64,000 nt of DNA from assembly GCA_963762145.1 (NCBI GenBank), contig CAVXJS010000009.1, forward strand, positions 640,001 to 704,000, written 5' to 3'. The translations under genes and the position numbers were made by a program. The notes beneath the pieces are model-generated. The model searched no databases. It was not told the DNA's origin and saw only the letters and a program-made list of their open reading frames with translations. Numbering within the stretch: position 1 is the stretch's first letter; each line of letters begins with the position of its first letter. Of this stretch, positions 20,564 through 31,555 are shown piece by piece. The DNA is from an uncultured Candidatus Rokubacteria bacterium. Its GTDB lineage: Bacteria > Methylomirabilota > Methylomirabilia > Rokubacteriales > CSP1-6.

Positions 20564-21916
20564 ATGCGAATACGAGCGATCGTCCTGCTGGCCTTCGCCG
20601 CGACGGTGGGTCCCACCGTCGCGCAGGAGGCGCGGCCGGTCGTCTACCGCGTCCCGATCGAGGGCATGATCGACCTGGGCCTGGCGCCCTTCGTCCAGCG
20701 GGTGCTCGACGAGGCCACCGAGCGCCGGGGCCGGCGCGGTCATCCTGGAGATCAATACCTTCGGCGGACGCGTGGACGCCGCCGTGCTGATCCGCGACGC
20801 GCTGCTGCGCACGCGGGTCCGCACCGTGGCCTTCGTGAACAAGCGCGCCATCTCGGCCGGCGCCCTGATCAGCCTGGCCGCCACGACCATCGTGATGGCG
20901 GACGGCGGCACGATCGGAGCCGCCACGCCGGTCAGATGGGCCAGCCCGGCGCGCCGGCTCAGCCCGTGGCCGAGAAGACGGTGTCCTACGTGCGCAAGGA
21001 GTTCCGCGCGACCGCCGAGAGTCGCGGGCGCCCGCCGCTGCTGGCCGAGGCCATGGTGGACGCGGACGTGGAGATCCCCGGGCGTCATCGCCAAGGGCAA
21101 GCTCCTCACGCTCACCACCGAGGAGGCGCTCAAGCACAAGCTCGCCGACTTCCGCGCCGACACCATCGAGGCCGTGCTCGAGCGGCTGGGCCTGGCCGGG
21201 GCGGAGGTCCGCCGGGCCTCGCCGACCTGGGCCGAGGACGGTCCTGCGCTTCCTGACGCATCCGGTGGTCAGCTCGCTGCTGATGACGATCGGGCGTCCT
21301 CGGGATCATCGTGGAGCTCCGGACCCCCGGCTTCGGCGTGCCGGGGGCGGTGGGCATCGGCAGCCTCGCGCTGTTCTTCTGGGGCCACTGGCTGGTGCGG
21401 CTGGTCGGCTGGGAGGAGCTGCTCCTGGTCGGCGCCGGCGTGATTCTCCTCGCCATCGAGATCTTCGTCACGCCCGGGCTTCGGGGTCACCGGGGTCCTC
21501 GGGATCGTCGCCCTCCTCGGGGGTCTGGGGCTGAGCCTCGTCGGCGCCGGGGCCACGTGGGCGGTCATCCTCAGCGCCATCGGGCGCGTCGCGGTGTCGC
21601 TGCTGCTGGCGATCGGCGGCGGCGCTGGTCCTGCTCCGCTTTCTGCCGCGCCTGCCGTTCGGGCGGCGCCTCGTCCTCGAGACCGAGCTGACCGCGCGGG
21701 CAGGGATTTGCCTCCGCGCCGGAGACGGACCGCGCGTGGCTCGGCAAGCGCGGCACGGCGGCGTCGCCGCTGCGGCCGGCCGGGATCGCCGACATCGAAG
21801 GCGAGCGGGTGGATGTGGTCTCCGACGGAGAATTCATCGATGCGGGAGACCCGATCACGGTCGTCCGGGTGGACGGCAACCGAATCGTCGTGCGGCGACT
21901 TCCAAGAAAGGACTGA
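20564..21916 (+). pseudogene. nfeD: NfeD/YqeZ membrane-bound serine protease, several frameshifts (pseudogene or assembly error)
   Basis: [50 protein letters not shown] spread across frames. Confidence 0.85.
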
Positions 21917-21919
21917 GCC

Positions 21920-22901
21920 ATGATGCGGAATCGACACTGGAGCCTTCGGAGCGGCTCGCGCTGCTCATCCTGGTCGTCGCGGTGCTGGTGATCGTCCTGT
22001 ACCTGATCCCCGTCCGGCTCTGGATCGCCGCCTTCGCCTCGGGCGCGTACGTCGGGCTGTTCACCCTGGTCGGGATGCGCCTGCGGCGCGTGCCGCCGAG
22101 CACGATCGTCACCGCCCGCATCAGCGCGGTGAAGGCGGGCCTCGACATCTCCGTCAACGACCTGGAGGCCCACTTCCTGGCCGGCGGCAACGTCGTCAAT
22201 GTCGTCAACGCGCTGATCTCGGCGGACAAGGCCAACATCGCGATGCCGTTCAAGCGGGCGGCGGCCATCGACCTGGCCGGCCGCGACGTGCTGGACGCGG
22301 TGAAGATGTCCGTGATCCCAAGGTGATCGAGACCCCGCGCATCGCCGCGGTCGCCAAGGACGGCATCCAGCTCATCGCGGTGTCGCGCGTGACCGTGCGC
22401 ACCAACATCGACCGGCTGGTGGGCGGCGCCGGCGAGGAGACCATCATCGCGCGCGTCGGCGAGGGCATGGTCAGCACCATCGGCTCGGCCACGAGCCACA
22501 AGGACGTGCTGGAGAACCCGGACCACATCTCCAAGCACGTCCTGGCCACGGGCCTGGATGCGGGAACCGCGTTCGAGATCCTGTCGATCGACATCGCGGA
22601 CGTCGACGTCGGCGAGAACATCGGCGCCAAGCTCCAGATCGACCAGGCCAACGCCGACAAGCAGATCGCCCAGGCCAAGGCCGAGGAGCGGCGGGCCATG
22701 GCCGTCGCGCTCGAGCAGGAGATGCGCGCCCGGGTGGTCGAGGCCGAGGCGGAGGTGCCGCGGGCCATGGCCGAGGCCTTCCGCCAGGGCAACCTCGGCA
22801 TCATGGACTACTACCGGATGAAGAACGTGCAGGCCGACACCACCATGCGGGAAGCGATCGCCGAGGGAGAGGCAGAGCCCCCGCCGAGCCCGAGGCGATA
22901 A
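21920..22901 (+). pseudogene. floA: flotillin-like protein FloA/YqfA, frameshifted near the start and at ~22320
   Basis: [65 protein letters not shown]. Confidence 0.9.
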
Positions 22902-22914
22902 CCCGGTCGGTGCC

Positions 22915-23334
22915 ATGCGATCGCTCCGGCTCGAGCAGATCCTCCTGCTGCTGGCATTCGTGCTGGTGCCGCTGCTCAATCTGCTCGTGGGGTGGCTCCG
23001 GCGCCGGGCGCGGGAGCAGCAACGCCCCGAGCCGGCGGAGCCCCCGAGGGCGGAGCCCGTGGCGCGCGAGGGGTGGCCATCTGCCGCGATGCCGCCCAGG
23101 GTCCGAGCGATCGCGCCCGCCCCCAATGAGGGTCCGCGCAAGGAGGCCCGTCGTGAGACGCCACCGGCGCCCCAGCCACGGCCGGGCCGTCGCCAAGCGG
23201 CACCGCTGGGCGGGCGGGCGGCGGTCAGGCGGGCGATCGTCGCCATGGTCATCCTCGGCCCCTGCCGGGGGCTGGAGGAGCCGCCGCCAAGCCGGCCCGT
23301 GGGCTCGCTTCAGCAGGGGACCCGCCGGCGCTGA
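22915..23334 (+). CDS. membrane-anchored hypothetical protein (YqfB-like position after floA)
   Basis: N-terminal TM helix; C-terminal VRRAIVAMVILGPCRGLE. Confidence 0.65.
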   Translation: MRSLRLEQILLLLAFVLVPLLNLLVGWLRRRAREQQRPEPAEPPRAEPVAREGWPSAAMPPRVRAIAPAPNEGPRKEARRETPPAPQPRPGRRQAAPLGGRAAVRRAIVAMVILGPCRGLEEPPPSRPVGSLQQGTRRR

Positions 23335-23337
23335 ACC

Positions 23338-25151
23338 GTGACGGCCGCTACCCCGGTGCGAAGACGGGACGGCTACTTTCGGATCGAGGATCACGGCCCA
23401 TCGGCGACGGCTCGACCGCTGCACTCGTCGGCCGTGACGGGACCATCACGTGGCTCTGCGTCCCGCGCTTCGACTCGCCGCCGATCTTCTGCGCGCTCCT
23501 CGATACCGCGCGCGGCGGCGCGTTCAAGGTCACCCTCGAGGGGCTCGAGGCCTCCCGGCAATTCTACGAGGGCGACTCGGGCGTCCTCGTCACCGAGCTC
23601 CGGGCGGGTCCCGCGCTCGTGCGGCTGACCGATGCCCTGACGCTCCGGTCGGGCGCCGATCTCGACGAGGACGCCCCGGCAGCGCGCGGGGAGCTCCTGC
23701 GCCTCGTCGAGGTCGTGGAGGGGCATGCTCGGCTCCGCATCGCGATCGACCCACGGGGTGGGGGCGAGGCCGAGCCGAAGAGCAAAGGCCTGCGCCTGCG
23801 CTGCCCGACCCGGCCCGACCTGGATCTGCACCTGCTCTCGACGGTCGCGCTCCGCGGTCCGCGCACGACCCTCGACCTGCGCGCCGGCGCCCGGATCAGC
23901 CTCGTGCTGCGCTGGGACGGAAGGCCGGCGCGGGAAGTGCGCGACCCGGATGCCCTCCTGCGGGCAACCGTCGACGCCTGGACCCGGTGGGCGAAGCACA
24001 TCCGATACGAGGGACCGCAGAGGGCGCTCGTCAGGCGGTCGGTCATCACCCTGAAGCTCCTCGACTACTTCGAGAACGGCGCGCTCGTGGCGGCACCCAC
24101 CTCGTCGCTACCGGAGGCCATCGGCGGCCCCCGTAACTGGGACTACCGCTTCGTCTGGGTGCGCGACGCCGCCTTCTCCGTCTACGCGTTCCACCGGATC
24201 GGGCTCGCGCGCGAGGCGCGCGGGTTCCTCGAGTGGGTCCTCGATGCCGTCGAGGAAGGTGGGCGCCCGCGGGTCCTCTATGATCTGGGCGGGCGGGTCC
24301 CGTTCCCCGAGCGCGTCGATGAAGAGCTCGAGGGCTACCGGCGGTCGGGGCCGGTGCGGTGGGGGAACGCCGCGGGCGCCCAGCGTCAGCACGACGTCTA
24401 CGGGGAGATCCTCGACTGCGCGTACCAGTGGGCCCGCCACCACGGGAGCGTCGACCCGACGCTGTGGGCCCGGCTGCGCGAGTTCGTGGACGCCGCCGGA
24501 CGAGAGTGGCGCGAGCCCGACCACGGAATCTGGGAAGTGCGGACGCCCGGGCGCCCGTTCACCTACTCCGCGGCGCTCTGTCAGGTCGCGCTCGACCGCG
24601 GCGCGCGGCTGGCCGAGCGCTACGGTCTTCCCGGCGACGTGGCGCGCTGGCGGGCCGAGGCGGAGCGAATCCGGACGGCCATCCTCGAGGAGGCGTGGGA
24701 CGCGCGCCTCAACTCCTTGACCGAGCATCTGGGCGGTGGCGGGCTCGACGCGAGCCTCCTGACCCTGCCGCTGCGCCGCGTGATCCCGGCGGATCACCCG
24801 CGCATGATCGCCACGACCGAGGCGGTCCGGCGCCGGCTCGGCGCCGGGAACGGCCTGCTCTACCGGTACCTGCCGCACGAGTCGCCCGACGGCCTGCCCG
24901 GCGACGAGGGCGCATTCGTCCTGTGCAGCTTCTGGCTCGTGGACACCCTCGCCGCGCAAGGCCGGGTCGACGAGGCGCTCGAGCTCTTCGAATCGGCCTG
25001 CGCGCGGGCCAACCCGCCAGGGCTCCTGTCCGAGCAGATCGATCCTTCGACCGGCGCCTTCCTGGGAAACTTCCCGCAGGCGTTCAGCCACGTGGGGCTG
25101 GTCTCGAGCGCGGTGAATCTGGCGGCCGCCCTCGCCGCGCGGCGGCCATGA
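23338..25151 (+). CDS. glycoside hydrolase family 15 (trehalase/glucoamylase-like), frameshift near 23400
   Basis: WLCVPRFDS, AAPTSSLPEAIGGPRNWDYRFVWVRD, QHDVYGE, GIWEVR, LGNFPQAFSH. Confidence 0.9.
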
Positions 25152-25227
25152 CCCCGCGGCGCGAGGCCCTTGACCTGCGGCAATATACTGCGGGTGTGGC
25201 CACGGGCAGGCCGGGAAGAATGCGGAC

Positions 25228-26133
25228 ATGAAGCTGGCGATGATCGGCCTCGGGCGCATGGGTGGCAGCATGACGGAGCGGCTCCTCGGCGACGGGCACG
25301 AGGTCGTGGCGTATGCGCGGGACGCTGCGGCCGTGGCGACCGTGGAGAAGCGGGGCGCGATCGGCGCGCATTCTCTGGAGGACCTCGTCCGGAAGCTCGT
25401 TCCTCCGCGCGTCATCTGGCTCATGATCCTGGTGGGCCCGCCCGTCGAGGAGACGATCACCGCGCTCCGACCTTTGCTCGCTCGAGGGGACATCGTCGTG
25501 GATGGGGGGAACTCCCGCTTCACCGACTCCGTGCGGCGCGCGGGCGAGCTTGCAGCGGGCGGGATCGGATTTCTCGACGCAGGGACCTCGGGCGGCGTCT
25601 GGGGATTGAAGGAAGGCTACTGCCTGATGATCGGCGGCGAGGCCGAGCACTTCCGGAAGGTCGAGCCGGTCTTCAGGACCCTCGCCCCCCCGGAGGCCTA
25701 CGCGCACGTAGGGCGCGCGGGGGCCGGGCACTACACGAAGATGATCCACAACGCCATCGAGTACGCGATGCTCCAGGCGTATGGCGAAGGATTCGCGATG
25801 CTCGAGGCCAGCGACTTCGATCTCGACCTGCGGCGCGTCGCGGCGCTGTGGACGCACGGCGCGGTGGTGCGGTCCTGGCTCCTCGATCTCCTGGCTCGGG
25901 CCCTGAAGGACGACCCGGAGCTTGCCGCCATCGAGGGGTACGTCGAGGATTCCGGGATGGGACGGTGGACCGTGCACGAAGCCGTCGAGATGGCGGTCCC
26001 GGTCCCGGCGCTCGCGGACACCCTCTTTGCCCGCTTCGCCTCGCGGCAGCCGGACTCGTTCTCCGCCAAGGTCATCGCCGCCCTGCGGAAGCAGTTCGGC
26101 GGCCACGCGGTGAGACCGGCGCAAGAGAAGTAG
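25228..26133 (+). CDS. gnd: short-form decarboxylating 6-phosphogluconate dehydrogenase
   Basis: IGLGRMG, DGGNS, DAGTSGGVWG, KMIHNAIEY, VEDSGMGRW, LRKQFGGH. Confidence 0.93.
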   Translation: MKLAMIGLGRMGGSMTERLLGDGHEVVAYARDAAAVATVEKRGAIGAHSLEDLVRKLVPPRVIWLMILVGPPVEETITALRPLLARGDIVVDGGNSRFTDSVRRAGELAAGGIGFLDAGTSGGVWGLKEGYCLMIGGEAEHFRKVEPVFRTLAPPEAYAHVGRAGAGHYTKMIHNAIEYAMLQAYGEGFAMLEASDFDLDLRRVAALWTHGAVVRSWLLDLLARALKDDPELAAIEGYVEDSGMGRWTVHEAVEMAVPVPALADTLFARFASRQPDSFSAKVIAALRKQFGGHAVRPAQEK

Positions 26134-26146
26134 GCCAGGGCGGCCC

Positions 26147-26368
26147 ATGCCCAGGTCGAAGATCGTGTGCACCATCGGGCCGGCGTCTCGGTCTGCGGAG
26201 ATGCTGGAGCAGCTGATCCGGGCCGGGATGGACGTCGCGCGGTTGAACTTCTCGCATGGCACCCAGGCCGAGCACCTCGAGGTCATCACGGCCGTCCGGC
26301 GCATCGCCGCCCGGCTGGCCCGGCCGGTGCCTGAGGGGAGAACATGGGGCGAGACGACCCCACTGTAG
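26147..26368 (+). pseudogene. pyk: pyruvate kinase N-terminal fragment
   Basis: KIVCTIGPAS..AGMDVARLNFSHG; truncated after ~60 aa. Confidence 0.9.
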
Positions 26369-26746
26369 CGGGCCGACCCTATGCCCCGCCGAGCCACGAC
26401 GGGCCGGCGAGCCAACATGAGCTAGAATCTTCTCCACGTCGAGGCGCGGCGGCGCGACGTAGGTCGAGGCAGCCCCGGCTGCATCCTTGAGCAACCTCGA
26501 GAGGACATTCGCTGCCACCGAGCCGCCCGCCACTTCGTCCTGGACGCCGCGCGTGCTGCCGTTTGGAGAAGGTGACGACGATGCTGATGGTGCCGCTCAT
26601 CGCCTTCCTCGCCGTGACGGCACTCGTCGAAGCGGTCACAGGGGTCTGGTAACAGCCAGCGCAGAGCGCGTTCGTCGCGCGCTCGTGGATCCGGCCGGCC
26701 CGGTCGATGACGGCGCGCGACCGCGACTAACTCGCCGTAGTGCTGG

Positions 26747-26989
26747 TCAGTCCAAGTGCTGAACTCTCCCCGTGTCATCGTTCTCTCCCCCTGGAGACAC
26801 GAAGGCCTCAGGCACTGGGTTTGCCCGGGGCCTTGTGGCCCCCTGGGCGATCACCTCCTCTCGCCCGACGCGCATGTTCCGAATGCCGCCGCATCGGATG
26901 CTGAGCCGGATCACGACCTCGGCGTCTTCACGCCGCTGAAGGAAGCCGGTAAGCCAGGTCACGAGCCACTCGACCTTCGAGGGCTTCAC
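26747..26989 (-). CDS. small hypothetical protein (phage/MGE-like)
   Basis: GTG start overlaps the upstream stop; followed by a short remnant MTRGEFSTWTDQHYGELVAVARR. Confidence 0.45.
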   Translation of the reverse strand: MKPSKVEWLVTWLTGFLQRREDAEVVIRLSIRCGGIRNMRVGREEVIAQGATRPRANPVPEAFVSPGGENDDTGRVQHLD

Positions 26990-27237
26990 TGGCCGTCTCC
27001 GAGCTTGCAGTGGGGCGCGACCTCGATCGCGCCATCGGGCGTGTAGAGGATGCCCGTGGCCTGGAAGGGCGGCCGTGCGATGAGCCCGACCGCGACGATT
27101 CGGAGGAGTCCTGACGACGGGGCAGTCCATGCGATGTGCACCTTCGTCCGAGTGACCTTCACGAGGTGGCCCTGGCGGTCCTTGCTCCCGAAGTGGTCGA
27201 AGAGACATTCGTCGCCGACCTTGAACTCTGTTGCCAT
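26986..27237 (-). CDS. small hypothetical protein (SH3-like, phage/MGE-like)
   Basis: AAGGAGG RBS; MATEFKVGDECLF. Confidence 0.6.
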   Translation of the reverse strand: MATEFKVGDECLFDHFGSKDRQGHLVKVTRTKVHIAWTAPSSGLLRIVAVGLIARPPFQATGILYTPDGAIEVAPHCKLGDGQ

Positions 27238-27481
27238 CGCCCCCTCCTTCGTTCGAATTGGGAGCCCTCGCTGCCGGTCCTGTAATTGACTGTCAACCAC
27301 ACTCATGAATGTTGCGGGGCGGTAGCGGGCACCTAGACTTCCGGCCGATGAGCCGACGGATGAATCCCGTGGAACTCCTCGACCGCGTGGATCGCCCGCG
27401 TCCGCGGGGTCGCGCCAGACACCGTGCGCGACCTTTTCCGACGGCCTGAAACGTACACGACGAGACAAGACCGAGGGTGGC

Positions 27482-29290
27482 CTAGGCCCTCCCGGTCGAC
27501 GGACGGGCACGACCTGCGGAGCCCTGCGGCGGGTAGTCCAGGGTGTCCTTGAGTGCGGTCACCGCCTCCGGAGGGAAGTCAGGCAGGTGGAGAGCGCCCT
27601 CCCGCCGCCACGCTGCCACCCGGGCCTCGGCGGCCTCGCGCTTGGCGCCATCGAGCCCTTGGTCGCGGGCGAGATAGGTGGTCTGGGACGGGAATGCGAA
27701 GCCGGTACCACTCTGCTCGACGATGTCCATGATGCGGAGGTAGATGTCTTCCCGGATCGCGAGAAACTCGTCGTAGTCCGCCGTCGACACGTACGCGAAG
27801 ATCTCCAGATCGAGCGAGTAGGCGCCGAAGTTAACGAAGCGGATGCGGGCGGGCCGGGGATCGACCCGCGGGTGGGCGTAGAGCATCCGGCGAATCTCCA
27901 GCAACACGTGGCGCAGCTGGTCGGGGGTGGTCTCGTACCGGACGCCGATCGTCGTGAGCAGCCAGATCTGGTCGCGCACCGTGAAGTTCTCGAGCTCGAG
28001 CGACGCGAAATGCCCGTTAGGGATCGAGACCACCGTCCGGTCGAGCGTCCGGATCCGGGTGGAGCGGAGGCCCACCTCCTCGACGGTGCCGACCCGCTCC
28101 CCGAAGCGGCAAAAGTCGCCGACCCGGACCGGCTGATCCAGGATCAGCGTGACGCCGCCAAAGAGGTTCTCCACCGTCTTCTGGGCGGCGAGGGCCACCG
28201 CGAGGCCGCCGATGCCGAGGCCGGCGAGGATGCCGGTCACGTTCAGCCCGATGTTCTGGAGGACCGCGAGGACCGCCAGCACGATGATCACCACCTTGGT
28301 CGCCTTGCGCCCCAGGGGGACCACCGCGATCGCGGTGGATCGGCCCGCGCTCCGCAGCCGCTCCGTTGCGAGGTCGGCGAGACGGTCGGCCACGCGTACG
28401 ACCACCCAGGCCAGGACCACGATGACGAGGGCCTTCTCCGTCTCACGGAAAAACTGGTGGGCGGAGATCGAGAGGTTGAGCAGACCGCTGCCGAGGACGA
28501 AAGCGGCGACGCTGAGCGCCAAGCGCAGCGGGCCGACCAACACGGCCAAGAGCTGCTCGCCCAGGACGGGTGCGGCCCGGCGGACGATCGGGCCGAGGAT
28601 GCGGAGCACGAAAGCGGTGCCGATCCAGCCGATCGCGGAGGCCAGCGCCACGAGCAGAAGGAGCGCGAGCCACTGCCACAGAGCAAGCTCGAGGAACCGA
28701 ATCTCGAAGAAGACCGGCGGCAGGTAGGCCGCGAGTGGTCCATAACCCAGCTCGCGGTAGAGCCGCGGGATCTGAGCCACCGTGGACGCCGCGACTTTCC
28801 ACGTCCGTCCGTCCTCGGGTCCCGGCATCCGCTGCAACAGGAGCCGGGCCGCCCCGGCCTTCGTGGGAACCGTCCCGACGAGCGCTCGGTCCGGCGGCAA
28901 GCCTTCCTGCGGACTTCCTGCCGGCTGATCGCTCAGGTCATCGAGATCGATCGGGACCGCCTGGTCGATGACGATCCGCAGCTCATGCGCGAGAGCCGGC
29001 CCCTGCTCGCCACGGTGGGCCCGCGCGATTCGGCTCAGATCGAGGTACTCCGCCGCCCGGGCGTAGTCCCGCCGACCGGTGGCCTCGAGAAAGCCGGCCA
29101 TCGTGTCGCGCGGGGTCCGCCGCTCGGGGGCCTCGGGGGACGCACTGGGCCCAGTAACCGAGGCGGCGCCTTTCTCGGGGGCACCGGACTGCGCGGCTGC
29201 GGTAGCCAGGGCGGCCGGCAGGCCGATGGCGAGAGCGGGGACGACGGCAAACATCCCGGCGAAGGAGCGGAACTTGCGCAGCGAGCCCAT
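27482..29290 (-). CDS. mscS: mechanosensitive ion channel family protein with periplasmic N-terminal domain
   Basis: AGLGIGGLAVALAAQKTVENLFGG, VRVGDFC, GTVEEVGLRSTRIRT, FAFPSQT. Confidence 0.93.
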   Translation of the reverse strand: MGSLRKFRSFAGMFAVVPALAIGLPAALATAAAQSGAPEKGAASVTGPSASPEAPERRTPRDTMAGFLEATGRRDYARAAEYLDLSRIARAHRGEQGPALAHELRIVIDQAVPIDLDDLSDQPAGSPQEGLPPDRALVGTVPTKAGAARLLLQRMPGPEDGRTWKVAASTVAQIPRLYRELGYGPLAAYLPPVFFEIRFLELALWQWLALLLLVALASAIGWIGTAFVLRILGPIVRRAAPVLGEQLLAVLVGPLRLALSVAAFVLGSGLLNLSISAHQFFRETEKALVIVVLAWVVVRVADRLADLATERLRSAGRSTAIAVVPLGRKATKVVIIVLAVLAVLQNIGLNVTGILAGLGIGGLAVALAAQKTVENLFGGVTLILDQPVRVGDFCRFGERVGTVEEVGLRSTRIRTLDRTVVSIPNGHFASLELENFTVRDQIWLLTTIGVRYETTPDQLRHVLLEIRRMLYAHPRVDPRPARIRFVNFGAYSLDLEIFAYVSTADYDEFLAIREDIYLRIMDIVEQSGTGFAFPSQTTYLARDQGLDGAKREAAEARVAAWRREGALHLPDFPPEAVTALKDTLDYPPQGSAGRARPSTGRA

Positions 29291-29481
29291 GGCGCCTCCC
29301 CTGACGTGGCTGAGCGGTTTCGGTGGCGGCGTCGGCGACCCACGGGCGACGCCGTGGTGTGGTGCCTACGCGACTCGACCCGGCTCGGACCGGTGTCCTG
29401 CCTGATCGAGCAGCAGCAAGCGCATGTCCATGTCGGCGAAAAAGCTCTCCTGGTCTCGGAGGCGAGGGCGTCCCAGCGGCC

Positions 29482-29601
29482 GGCGTCAACGTCGCCCAGC
29501 TCCTGCCCACGGTCCACGTCCTGCTCGCGCTCGCCGTCATAGCGAGCATCAGCGTGGTCGGTATCGTCCTCGTGAACACGTTGCTGGTGATTCCGGCCGC
29601 C
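29482..29601 (+). pseudogene. ZnuB/ABC-3 metal permease fragment
   Basis: GVNV..LLALAVIASISVVGIVLVNTLLVIPAA. Confidence 0.6.
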
Positions 29602-29900
29602 CCTCTTGACCTCGGGGCCCAGGACGACCTCGTTCATGTTGATGAGGTGCTGGCGCAGCCGCTCTCGAGATTTACCTTACTCCGGCCGGACTCGGCGTCC
29701 GCTCCCAGCAGGCGCACGACCTTGCAATGGCGCCGAAAGCATCTAGGAACGTCCAGAGATCAAGGAGACCATCAGATGGTTCGCACCGAGCGACCCCTGT
29801 AGATAAGCGCAACGACGGGCGAAGAACCCTCTGCCCCAGAGTAGGAAGGCAGTTGGCGGCGATTACGTCAACGTGAGTCCCGGTCGCCTCCGCTCTATTC

Positions 29901-31436
29901 CTACTTCCCTTTCAGCGTGATGTCTTCGTAGGGCGCCGAGTAGGCGTGGCCGGCGATCAGCCCGAGGCCCGATTCACGCACCCGAGGCCCGACGCCGTTA
30001 AGGAACGCAAGCTGCCAGATGGGCGCATAGATGGCCCTCTCGTGCACAAGCTGCTGGATCTTATGCAGGATGGCCTCGCGCCGCTTGTTGTCCGCCTCAG
30101 ATGCCTGCTCCCGAAAAAGACCGTCGAGATCGGGATAGCTTCCGTAGGCGTACGTGCCGCCGGCGACCACGAACGCCTCGAGGCGGCTGGCGGCGTTGCC
30201 AAAAGCCCCGCTGGCGCCCTGGATAATGTTCTTGAACCTCTTCCCAGCGTAACCCGTGAAGAATGCCGCCCGCTCGAGTGGCCGGAGCTGGACCTGGATC
30301 CCGACGGTCTGCAGGTTGTTGAGCACGGCTTCGGCAAGGTTCGAGTAGGACGCATCACAGTAGTACTCACCAGCGTCGAAGCCGTTCGGGTAGCCCGCTT
30401 CCGCCAGGAGCTTCTTGGCCCTGGCCGCGTCGAAGATGGGGGCTGGGGGCTGCCAAAAGAACTCGAAGTTGGCGGGGATCATGCTGCCGGTGAGCTGGGA
30501 AAAGCCAAGCGTCAGAGCCTGGTTGATCGTCGGGCGATCGAGGGAGAGGCTCGCGGCGAGCCGGACTCGCTGGTCGTGCCACGGTGATTTCGCATTCCAC
30601 TGGTCAGGGAAATAGAGCCAGAACGGCGCCTGGATTACCGCCGGCTTGAGCGCGAGCCCCGGCACCCTCTGGAGCTCTTCAGCGAGCTCGCCGCGCACCG
30701 AATACACGATGTCCACCTCGCCCCGCTTGAGCGCAGCCAGGCGGGTCGACTCGTCTGGAATCACCCTGAAGACCAGCCGCTTGACGCTCGGGGTCTTCCG
30801 CCAGTACTGGTCATTGGCCTCCATGACCAGCTCGACCCCGGGCGTGAACGACACGAACTTGTAGGGACCAGCGCCCACGGGCGCCTTCTTGAACCCCTCG
30901 TCACCTACCTTCTCTACGTACTTCTTGGGCACGATCCACCCTGCGCCACTTGCACCAGTGTAGAAGGTCAGGAAGTCGGGCCATGGTTGCTTGAGGCGAA
31001 ATCGCACGTGGCCCGCATCGGGCGTCTCGATGGAGGCTACGCGCTCCTTCAAGGTCTTGGAGGCGCTGCCGCGATAGCGCTCAAAGGAGAACTTCACGTC
31101 CTCGGCCGTGAGAGGCTCACCGTCATGGAACTTCACATGCTTCCGGAGGACGAACTCGTAGACCAACCCATCCTTAGATACCGACCATGATTCCGCGAGG
31201 CTCGGTGCGTTTGGCTGCCCGGGCATGGGCTTCACCAGGGCGTCATGCAGCGCGTAGTAGATCATGTAGGGGGTAATGATGCCGGACGCCTCGGCCGGGT
31301 CGAGCCACGTCGGGGCTAGGGACACGTGTACACCCCATGTCACCTGGCCTTCCGCAGCCGATCCCACGGCAGGCGACATCATCACGCTGAGGAGCAGGAC
31401 AAGGACGCTCGGGATCAACGCGAATCGGTGTCTCAT
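29901..31436 (-). CDS. ABC transporter substrate-binding protein, family 5 (peptide/nickel), orphan
   Basis: SLAESW, VKFHDG..TAEDVKFS, GAGPYKF; signal peptide. Confidence 0.92.
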   Translation of the reverse strand: MRHRFALIPSVLVLLLSVMMSPAVGSAAEGQVTWGVHVSLAPTWLDPAEASGIITPYMIYYALHDALVKPMPGQPNAPSLAESWSVSKDGLVYEFVLRKHVKFHDGEPLTAEDVKFSFERYRGSASKTLKERVASIETPDAGHVRFRLKQPWPDFLTFYTGASGAGWIVPKKYVEKVGDEGFKKAPVGAGPYKFVSFTPGVELVMEANDQYWRKTPSVKRLVFRVIPDESTRLAALKRGEVDIVYSVRGELAEELQRVPGLALKPAVIQAPFWLYFPDQWNAKSPWHDQRVRLAASLSLDRPTINQALTLGFSQLTGSMIPANFEFFWQPPAPIFDAARAKKLLAEAGYPNGFDAGEYYCDASYSNLAEAVLNNLQTVGIQVQLRPLERAAFFTGYAGKRFKNIIQGASGAFGNAASRLEAFVVAGGTYAYGSYPDLDGLFREQASEADNKRREAILHKIQQLVHERAIYAPIWQLAFLNGVGPRVRESGLGLIAGHAYSAPYEDITLKGK

Positions 31437-31555
31437 GATCACACCTCGTTGTGAGGTTGAACGTTCGTCACCCGGGTCTATCGATGCCACCCGGTCGTCG
31501 GCGAACCATGATCGATGGTCCGCCGCGTCCTGCCCTGTCCTCCGAGCGACTGGGC

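Noticed and set aside
20564-23420. Multiple frameshifts in nfeD, floA and GH15 as a biological signal
   Set aside because: Residues are otherwise well conserved, which fits long-read indel errors; unresolvable without reads.
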